64,000 bases of DNA from an uncultured Eubacteriales bacterium (GTDB taxonomy: Bacteria > Bacillota > Clostridia > Peptostreptococcales > Anaerovoracaceae), in contig CADBXM010000007.1 in NCBI GenBank assembly GCA_902798745.1, positions 11,317 to 75,316 on the forward strand. Reading direction: 5' to 3'. Positions 53,091 to 60,572 of the stretch are shown one piece after another. The notes beneath the pieces were generated by a model. That model did not search any database and was not told where the DNA came from. It saw only the letters and a program-made list of their open reading frames with translations. Both the position numbers and the translations under genes were made by a program. Every line of letters begins with the position of its first letter. Position 1 is the stretch's first letter.

Positions 53091-54809
53091 ATGCTGGAAA
53101 GAGACACTAATAGATCAAACGCAAAAGCACTCATCATAGCACTGTCAGTAAATATACTGATATTGCTGGTTTGCTTTTTCATTTTCTATCCTGTATTCGA
53201 AACAAACGACGACAACGGGCTTATCGCGATCGCGAGCGGCATAAGGGGAGTTCGCGAGGCGCATATAGTGCATACGAACATCCTGGTCGGGAAACTGATC
53301 ACATCGCTCTACGCGGTCGCGCCGGCGATTCAGTGGTGGAGCGTGCTCCAGCTGCTCCTGCTGTTCATCTCTTTCTTCTTTGTCACGTATATCTTCATCC
53401 GGAGCGACACCGGCATCGCGAGGGTCCTGTTCGTGACGGCCGTTACATCATTCTTCGCTTATGAAGGCTATGTTCGCATCCAGTACACAAAGAGCGCGGG
53501 CATATACAGCGCGGCAGGGCTCATGCTTGTGTTCTACGGGCTGCTTCAGGAGAAGCCTGAGAAGAAGTTTATAATTCCCGGCATGCTGCTCGCTCTTGCA
53601 GGTTCGTTCTACAGGACGCAGCAGTTCGCCTGCATAGTGGCTATCTTCGCGTCCATGGTCGTATATTTGATCATGCGCTGCGTCCAGGATTTTGAGAAGC
53701 CTAAAAAACGCATAATCACAGCTCTTGCGGTCGGCGCCATACTGCTGCTCGCCGCGGGCGGATTCAGAGTATACGACAGGAGCCAGTATAAGGACCCTGA
53801 CTGGGCGGCTTATCTTGAGTTCGACAAGTACCGCACCGAGGTGCTCGACTACAGGATCCCTGATTATGACGAGCACAAGGAAGAGTACAACGCTATAGGC
53901 ATAGACGAGACAGCCTACAAGCTCATGAAGAGCTGGACCTTCCAGGACCCTGAGAAGTTCACTGCCGAAACATTCAAAAAGATATCCGATCTGAACGAGA
54001 AACGGACGATAGACGCGGCGTTCGCGAAGAAATTCCTCAAGAGATTCGCGAAGGGACTAAGAGATGAAGCAGTGTTCCTCTGCTTCGCCGTCATAGCGAT
54101 AGGATGGCTGCTCACCGGCAGACGCAAGGCCCGCAACTGGGTGTGCCTCATCATCATGGCCTTGGCCATATTGGCGATGAACGCATACCTCTATTACGCG
54201 GGAAGGTTCATGATACGCAGGGTGGATGTAGGCATATGGTTTGCCGCCTCACTCATAATGATGTACCAGTGCTTCGCCGACAAGCCTGTTAAGGACAAAG
54301 CGGAGGCGGTCGGCGGGAGCGCCAAAGGCGGTGTGCTGAAGAATGCAGTGCTTGTTGTGCTCTGCCTGGCGATCATCGCCGTATTCGCCTTTGAGATGCC
54401 GTGGCGAAGCGGCTTCAGATCTGTGGTAGAGGAGAAAGCCGCAGCCGCCGAAGTCGAAAGAAGCGCTATAGAAAAGATCGGAGGCGACAAAGATCACCTC
54501 TATCTGACAAAGGTGGGCGTCCTCGGATTCAGCGAGGTCTATGGAGTGATGGACCCTCAGCCTTACAAGATAGCGGACAACATCTATCCTCTTGGAGGAT
54601 GGGGAGCGGCGACTCCGGCTTACCTGAGCGTGCTCAGAAATTACGGCGTGAACAATCCGTTCCGCGACATGATCGGTAACGACAAAGTCTATCTCATAGA
54701 CAATAAGATAAACGACACACTGGCATATCTCAGAAAATGGTATAAGCCTGACGCTGAAGCCGAACTGGTGGATGAGGTAGAAGGCCATAAAATATACAGG
54801 ATAAAGTAA
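53091..54809 (+). CDS. Large polytopic membrane protein, unknown function (candidate extracytoplasmic polymer-modifying enzyme)
   Basis: A 572-aa protein with about 10 hydrophobic segments and a soluble C-terminal region. I recognised no diagnostic motif. It lies between the YidC-LtaS-like fusion and a GT-C-like protein. Confidence 0.4.
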   Translation: MLERDTNRSNAKALIIALSVNILILLVCFFIFYPVFETNDDNGLIAIASGIRGVREAHIVHTNILVGKLITSLYAVAPAIQWWSVLQLLLLFISFFFVTYIFIRSDTGIARVLFVTAVTSFFAYEGYVRIQYTKSAGIYSAAGLMLVFYGLLQEKPEKKFIIPGMLLALAGSFYRTQQFACIVAIFASMVVYLIMRCVQDFEKPKKRIITALAVGAILLLAAGGFRVYDRSQYKDPDWAAYLEFDKYRTEVLDYRIPDYDEHKEEYNAIGIDETAYKLMKSWTFQDPEKFTAETFKKISDLNEKRTIDAAFAKKFLKRFAKGLRDEAVFLCFAVIAIGWLLTGRRKARNWVCLIIMALAILAMNAYLYYAGRFMIRRVDVGIWFAASLIMMYQCFADKPVKDKAEAVGGSAKGGVLKNAVLVVLCLAIIAVFAFEMPWRSGFRSVVEEKAAAAEVERSAIEKIGGDKDHLYLTKVGVLGFSEVYGVMDPQPYKIADNIYPLGGWGAATPAYLSVLRNYGVNNPFRDMIGNDKVYLIDNKINDTLAYLRKWYKPDAEAELVDEVEGHKIYRIK

Positions 54810-54818
54810 CGACTTGAC

Positions 54819-56522
54819 ATGGATCGGGACAGACATCTGAAACCCTCTGAAAAATCAAATAATGGTATGTTAGCAACATGGCTGATAATTATCAGCTTGG
54901 TGATTTTGGGTATAGTTTACTGTCTGCCTCTGTTTTTTACAGACGGGATCCACAAAGTCGACGACACCACATTCCACGTCGGCAGGCTTGTAGGTCTCAG
55001 CAATGTATTCACCTCGCCTGTCAACTTCAACAGCTTCGGCAACAACGGCCTGATGGTCAACATCTTTTACCCGTGGCTCACCATGTACCCTATGTACATC
55101 CTGTACAAGCTCACGGGAAGCTATGTACTGGGATACAAACTGTACTATGTTCTCCTGTCGGTCGTGACGATGCTGCTGTCATATTGGTCGATGCTTAAGA
55201 TCACCAAGAACAAAGCCGGGGCGTATGTGTTTGCTATCATATACGCGTTTTCGAGCTACAGGTTCGCAGACGTGTTCAACAGGGCGGCTCTCGGAGAGTC
55301 GATAGCCCTGGCGTTCCTGCCATTGGTCCTCCTCGGCATATACAAGATCTGCTTTGAAAACTATAAAGAGTGGCGCAAACTCGCGGCCGGGATGACTCTG
55401 CTGGCATACTCTCATATGCTTTCGCTTGTCATGGCTACGGCGTTCACGGGAGTCCTGTTCCTGATCGCGATCATCACTCAGGACAACAGAGGCAAGAGGT
55501 TTGTCTCCATGGTGAAGGCAGCTTGTCTCTCACTTGCGCTTTCGGCCGCCATGATAGTTCCGATGGCGGAGCAGATGCTCAAAAACGATTTATTCACTCC
55601 GTCGGGAGACGGGGGTACGATGTCAAAGTCGGCGTACAGCCTGGCAGAGATAATCAAATTCACAGTTATTAACAACCCTGCGGGCAGAGGCGTTGGAGCC
55701 ATGTCTCTTGCGGCATTCCTGATGACGATAGTGCTGCTGATCTGCGGCATCATACTGCATGGCCGCTTTACGACCGATGACAAGTTCGTCATCTGGCTGC
55801 TGCTGATAGGGATCGTCATGTTTGTCGCCACAGCCGACATACTTCCATGGCATTATCTCGGGGACAACACTCCTCTTTCGACGATACAGTTTGTCTGGAG
55901 GATGAACGCCTATCCGACGCTCGCGTTCGCCGCGGCCTTTTCGATATTGCTGTCAAAGGCAATGAGTTCCGATAGGAAGAATGTTATAATACTAATTACA
56001 ATTGTCACCTTGGCATTCGCCGGGGTGCAGTACTACACTCTGTATGCGCGGAACGCGGAGATCGTGAGTCACGATCGCATAGCGGAGGAGGACGTCGCGA
56101 CCTGGGCTTCGGGCAATGTCGACTACACTCCGTACCAGGCATGGGAATACCGCGAAGAACACAGCGACAATATGCAGTACATGTATATTGACGGAAAAGA
56201 GATCGCCAAGAGCCCGGTGACAAAGGAAAGTGGAACATACTATGTTCAGGATCTCGGCGGTTCGGGCAAGGACAGGACAGCGGACATACCGGTCTTCAAA
56301 TTCTACGGAGAGAAGGTGCTGCTGAACGAAGAAGCTGTCGAATCAGACTTATCCGCCCGCGGAACGACGGAAGTCAAGGTCCCGCGTTCCAAAGAAGCGG
56401 TAGTTACGATATCTTATGCCTACACGACTCTCGCGAGAGCATCATGGGCATTTTCGATAATTATATTAATTCTCAGTATCATAGTTGCCATGCGCGCCAA
56501 GCCTGAAAAGCAGGAAGGCTGA
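54819..56522 (+). CDS. GT-C-fold-like polytopic membrane glycosyltransferase (YfhO / PTPS-related-membrane-protein-like)
   Basis: After the first transmembrane helix comes ...TDGIHKVDDTTFHVGRLVGLSNVF...NNGLMVNIFYPWL, a D-x-x-FH-x-x-R first-loop motif typical of these GT-C proteins. About 12 transmembrane helices and a C-terminal ectodomain with a final transmembrane helix follow. The assignment is tentative. Confidence 0.45.
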   Translation: MDRDRHLKPSEKSNNGMLATWLIIISLVILGIVYCLPLFFTDGIHKVDDTTFHVGRLVGLSNVFTSPVNFNSFGNNGLMVNIFYPWLTMYPMYILYKLTGSYVLGYKLYYVLLSVVTMLLSYWSMLKITKNKAGAYVFAIIYAFSSYRFADVFNRAALGESIALAFLPLVLLGIYKICFENYKEWRKLAAGMTLLAYSHMLSLVMATAFTGVLFLIAIITQDNRGKRFVSMVKAACLSLALSAAMIVPMAEQMLKNDLFTPSGDGGTMSKSAYSLAEIIKFTVINNPAGRGVGAMSLAAFLMTIVLLICGIILHGRFTTDDKFVIWLLLIGIVMFVATADILPWHYLGDNTPLSTIQFVWRMNAYPTLAFAAAFSILLSKAMSSDRKNVIILITIVTLAFAGVQYYTLYARNAEIVSHDRIAEEDVATWASGNVDYTPYQAWEYREEHSDNMQYMYIDGKEIAKSPVTKESGTYYVQDLGGSGKDRTADIPVFKFYGEKVLLNEEAVESDLSARGTTEVKVPRSKEAVVTISYAYTTLARASWAFSIIILILSIIVAMRAKPEKQEG

Positions 56523-56552
56523 GGACGTGAACGGCAAACCGGAAGAAAGCTT

Positions 56553-57881
56553 ATGAAAAAAGTAATCACATACGGAACATACGATATGATGCACGTCGGT
56601 CATATCAATCTGCTCAAAAACGCCAAGGCACTCGGCGACTATCTTATCGTCGGCGTAACGTCTGATGAGTTCGACATTTCGAGGGGCAAAATAGATGTCC
56701 GTCAGTCGCTCACCGAGAGGATCAACGCCGTGCGCGAGACAGGCCTTGCGGACGAGATCATCGCGGAGGAGTACGAAGGCCAGAAGATCGCCGACATAAT
56801 AAAGTATGACGTAGACATCTTCACCGTCGGTTCGGACTGGGTCGGAAAGTTCGACTACCTGAAAGACTTCTGTCAGGTGGTATATCTGCCGCGCACCGAA
56901 GGCATATCGAGTACACAGATAAGGGAAGAGTCGAACAAGACAGTAAGGCTCGGAGTCTATGGCCACAAAGAGCCGGCTGGCCGGGTCGTAGATGAGACAG
57001 CTTTTGTCAGCGGCATCAAAGCGTCTTCGGTCTACTCGGAGGACGCCGAGGCGGGGAAAGCCCTGGCAGAGAAGAAATCGATCGAGGCATGCGGCAGTGT
57101 CGAAGAGTTTTACGATTCATGCGACGCCGTCTACATCAATGCGAATATCAATGAAAGAGCAGATCTTATAAAGGACGCGCTCAAAAACGGCAAGCATGTG
57201 CTCTGCGAGGGACCGCTTTCAAATGATGAAAAAGCAACCTCCGAATGCATAGAACTCGCGAAGGAGAAAAAACTCGTCCTCTTCGACGCGATCAAGACGG
57301 AGTTCTTCCCGGGATACAAACATCTCGAGCTTCTGATAAAGAGCGGAAAGCTCGGAGAGATCAAGGACATAGACGTTTCGTTCAGCCAGCAGGACGCTTC
57401 CCAGAATTACGATGAAATGACCAGATATGAGGGCAGCATCTATGACATGTGCGGATTCATCTTCCTGCCTATATTCCATCTGCTGGGCACTGACTTTGAA
57501 AGCATCGACTTCTATTCAAGTCTTAACTCGAACGGAGCGGATATATATACGCGCGGGCTCATCAAGTTCAGCAACGCCATCGCGTCCTTCAGGACCGGGC
57601 TCGGCATCAAGACCGAGGGCCAGCTCATCATAACGGGAACGAAGGGATACCTGTACGTGCCTGCGCCATGGTGGAAGACCGACTACTTCGAGATAAGGTT
57701 TGAAGACCTCAGAGATACGAAGAAATACTTCTGGCAGTATGAAGGCGAAGGCTTCAGGTATGAGATGATCGAATTCCTTCGCAGGATAAATACGGAAAAA
57801 TATGAACCGGACTTCTCGCGCTCACTTGCCACGGCGAAAGCGCTTGAGGCCTTCAATGATCACAGAGAGAATGTCTTTTAG
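56553..57881 (+). CDS. Fusion of a TagD-like cytidylyltransferase with a Gfo/Idh/MocA-like domain
   Basis: The N-terminus is ITYGTYDMMHVGHINLLKNAK...LPRTEGISSTQIR (both cytidylyltransferase motifs). The C-terminus is VRLGVYG...DAVYINANINERADLIKDALKNGKHVLCEGPLS..., Gfo/Idh/MocA-like, but the EKP motif reads EGP. Confidence 0.7.
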   Translation: MKKVITYGTYDMMHVGHINLLKNAKALGDYLIVGVTSDEFDISRGKIDVRQSLTERINAVRETGLADEIIAEEYEGQKIADIIKYDVDIFTVGSDWVGKFDYLKDFCQVVYLPRTEGISSTQIREESNKTVRLGVYGHKEPAGRVVDETAFVSGIKASSVYSEDAEAGKALAEKKSIEACGSVEEFYDSCDAVYINANINERADLIKDALKNGKHVLCEGPLSNDEKATSECIELAKEKKLVLFDAIKTEFFPGYKHLELLIKSGKLGEIKDIDVSFSQQDASQNYDEMTRYEGSIYDMCGFIFLPIFHLLGTDFESIDFYSSLNSNGADIYTRGLIKFSNAIASFRTGLGIKTEGQLIITGTKGYLYVPAPWWKTDYFEIRFEDLRDTKKYFWQYEGEGFRYEMIEFLRRINTEKYEPDFSRSLATAKALEAFNDHRENVF

Positions 57882-57898
57882 GAGAAACGGAGGACAGA

Positions 57899-58966
57899 AT
57901 GGGATATTACGTAGACGAACATGTAAAGAATACCGAGAGGGTCTTTCCGGGCCAGGGAAGATACGGGAAAAAGAGATATGACATGAATGAGAACCCGGAA
58001 GGTCTCCCAAAGGAATTCGTTGACGGAGTCCTCAAGGAGATCACGCCTGAATTTCTCAGCATCTATCCTGAGCCTGACAGATTCCTCAGAAAATACGCGG
58101 AGTTCCTGGGCTGCGGCGTCAAGTTCGAAAACCTCGTAGCGACGAACGGCTCGGATATGTCGATCAGATATGTACTGGAAACATTCGGCGAAGAGGGCAA
58201 AGGCGTCGTTACTGTCAGCCCTTCGTTTGAGATGTACTGGGTCAACTGCTCTATCCTTGGGCTTAAGCATGTTCCTGTTACATACGAGGATGACATGACT
58301 ATCTCGATAGACAAGATACTCGGAGCTATCGATGAGGATACGAGGATAGTGGTGTTGCTCAATCCGAACAACCCTATAGGCAACGTGTATACCGATGACG
58401 ATGTAGAGAAAGTGATCGCCAAGGCAAAGGAAGTCGGCGCTATAGTCGTTATCGATGAGGCATATCATTACTTCTGCGAGAAGACCTTCCTTCCATACGC
58501 AATGTCAGAAGACAACGTGATCGTGCTGCGGACTTTCTCTAAGCTAATGTCAATTGCGGCATGCAGACTGGGTATCGCGATCGGTCATCCTCAGCTGATC
58601 CACTATATCAAAAACAGCAAGCTCACATTCGATGCCAACTCTATAGCGCTTCTGTTCGCGGAGAGGCTGATAGAGCGCCCGGATATAGTCGAAGACCTGA
58701 TCAAGATCGAAAAAGAAGGAAAGGCGCATATACTCAAGAGGCTTGATGAAGAGGGATACGAGGCCAGGGGAGGCCAGGGCAATTTCATTTTCGTGAAGCC
58801 GAAGAAAAACGCGAAAGAACTGGCAAAGGAGCTTGAGGAAAAATACGACGTGCTTGTTCACGCTTACGGAAATCCTCTTCTGAAGGACTTTATCAGGGTA
58901 ACAACAGGTTCGAAAGAATCGATGGATGTGTTCCTCGAAGCGTTTTTCAAGGCAGATACACTGTAA
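57899..58966 (+). CDS. Class I/II PLP-dependent aminotransferase (HisC-like)
   Basis: GGAGAAACGGAGG ribosome-binding site. ...LNPNNPIGN..., ...IDEAYHYF..., ...RTFSKLMSIAACRLGIAIG (PLP-lysine motif). Confidence 0.75.
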   Translation: MGYYVDEHVKNTERVFPGQGRYGKKRYDMNENPEGLPKEFVDGVLKEITPEFLSIYPEPDRFLRKYAEFLGCGVKFENLVATNGSDMSIRYVLETFGEEGKGVVTVSPSFEMYWVNCSILGLKHVPVTYEDDMTISIDKILGAIDEDTRIVVLLNPNNPIGNVYTDDDVEKVIAKAKEVGAIVVIDEAYHYFCEKTFLPYAMSEDNVIVLRTFSKLMSIAACRLGIAIGHPQLIHYIKNSKLTFDANSIALLFAERLIERPDIVEDLIKIEKEGKAHILKRLDEEGYEARGGQGNFIFVKPKKNAKELAKELEEKYDVLVHAYGNPLLKDFIRVTTGSKESMDVFLEAFFKADTL

Positions 58967-59096
58967 ATATAAGGGTTTATGACCGAAAAGCCTTGCAAGA
59001 TGCATCGGATATAATATAAAATTTTAACGCACATTAACATTTATTAAGTTAATACGCAAAAGGCAATGGGAGTTGTTAATAGAAGGGAGCTTGTTT

Positions 59097-60320
59097 ATGA
59101 ACAAGTATAAAAGCATTTTTATAAAAAGAAGGATCGTATCGATCTTTCTGACGGTACTGATGCTTGTAGGATGCATTGCGCCACTCGAGTCCAGAGTATT
59201 CGCCGAGGGCGAGGGCAACACGACCTCAACTGATCCTGCACCTATAGCTACAAATGAGACCACAGTACCGGCTCCAAAGAAAGTCAAGGCGAAAGCCGGC
59301 TTCCAGAGAGTATATCTTTCGTGGACAAAAGTCAGCTGCAATGCAGGTGATGACGGCAAGGTCTATTACGAGATCCGCGACGGTAAGGGAAAGAAGAGCA
59401 CAGTCGTTTATATGCAGAAAAAGAAAAACAGCGACAAGCTCATAAAAGCAAAAGATCTTAAGAAGACCGAGGCTTGGATACCGTTCGATCCGTATCCTGG
59501 AAAGAAAAACGGAGAAGCAAAGAACGGCAAAAAGAAATCAAGCGCCGAAGCCAGAACGGCAACATTCGCTGTCCGCGCATATATCAAAAAGGACGGCAAG
59601 AAGGTATACAGTGACTATACTGTAAAGGAAGACATCGAACTCGTACACCCGATGTATGTTATCGTTAAGGCCAAGGGCAACGTTCCTATCCTGAAGGCTT
59701 CTGATAGCAATAAGAAGGTGGCCACCGCGAAGAAAGGTCACTACTATATAGTCTTCGGAGGCTCTCGTATCAAGGGCGAGAACAAGAGAGTCATCATAAA
59801 GATCTGGAACAAAAAGGATCATTGCTGGGATGCCAGATACATCAGATCCCGTAACGTGGAGATCGTCAGATATGTGTATAAGGCTCAGACCGGTTCGCGC
59901 ACAAAGAACCCTGCTAAAGGTTATTACTTTACAGAGAAGCAGGTAGAGGACTTCATCAACGACAAGAAGCCTGTCAGCAAGAACAACAACTTTATCTGGG
60001 TAAACACATATAATCAGCGCGTATATCTTTTCAAGAAAAAGAGCGGCAGATGGGAAATCACCAGAAACCCTAAAGGCGTGCTTTGCAACACCGGAAGAGA
60101 ACTCAGCCCATATGGCAGTTATAAAATAACCGGTTTCATGGCAAGGAAGAAGACTACAGGAACAAAGTGGTGGTGCCTCTTCAACCACGTCGGCATCCAC
60201 GAGAAACTTCCTGATGCACTGGGTAAGCCGGCAAGCGGAGGCTGCGTCCGTATACCTGACTCTGAAGCTAAATGGTTCTATGATAATATCAGAGGCGGTA
60301 CGGGAATCTTCGTATACTAG
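59097..60320 (+). CDS. Secreted L,D-transpeptidase (YkuD domain) with FN3-like and SH3-like N-terminal modules
   Basis: GAAGGGAG ribosome-binding site. Signal/lipobox-like sequence IVSIFLTVLMLVGCIAP. The C-terminus is ...NQRVYLFKKKSGRWEI...LCNTGRELSPYGSYKI...HVGIHE...GKPASGGCVRIPDSEAKWFYDNI (His and Cys of YkuD). Confidence 0.8.
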   Translation: MNKYKSIFIKRRIVSIFLTVLMLVGCIAPLESRVFAEGEGNTTSTDPAPIATNETTVPAPKKVKAKAGFQRVYLSWTKVSCNAGDDGKVYYEIRDGKGKKSTVVYMQKKKNSDKLIKAKDLKKTEAWIPFDPYPGKKNGEAKNGKKKSSAEARTATFAVRAYIKKDGKKVYSDYTVKEDIELVHPMYVIVKAKGNVPILKASDSNKKVATAKKGHYYIVFGGSRIKGENKRVIIKIWNKKDHCWDARYIRSRNVEIVRYVYKAQTGSRTKNPAKGYYFTEKQVEDFINDKKPVSKNNNFIWVNTYNQRVYLFKKKSGRWEITRNPKGVLCNTGRELSPYGSYKITGFMARKKTTGTKWWCLFNHVGIHEKLPDALGKPASGGCVRIPDSEAKWFYDNIRGGTGIFVY

Positions 60321-60357
60321 TATCAAGAAAAGAATACTAGAGATTGAAAACTAACTT

Positions 60358-60387
60358 GAAGCCGGGATCGATTTCGATTCCGGCTTC
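60358..60387 (+). terminator. Terminator-like hairpin (no T-run)
   Basis: GAAGCCGG-14 nt-CCGGCTTC, followed by gttacatt and therefore weak as an intrinsic terminator. Confidence 0.3.
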
Positions 60388-60461
60388 GTTACATTATGGT
60401 GATTGTCAAGCATTTCATGTGCCGGATGCATCATCGATCGTTATACGGAAGGTAAATCAAA

Positions 60462-60572
60462 ATGAAGACACGTAACAGATTGTTCACGATACTGCTCGCT
60501 TTTGCGATAGCCATCACTTTTATGCCGGGAGCAGCATTCGCTATTGATGACCAGGCTTTCAGGAGGTTCTAA
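60462..60572 (+). other. Orphan signal-peptide reading frame (36 codons), out of frame with the downstream 762-codon ORF
   Basis: MKTRNRLFTILLAFAIAITFMPGAAFA|IDDQAFRRF* is preceded by GGAAGG. The signal peptide resembles that of the 22551 paralog (…MTFMPTLAFA). The body continues in the +1 frame, which is open from 60511. Confidence 0.6.
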
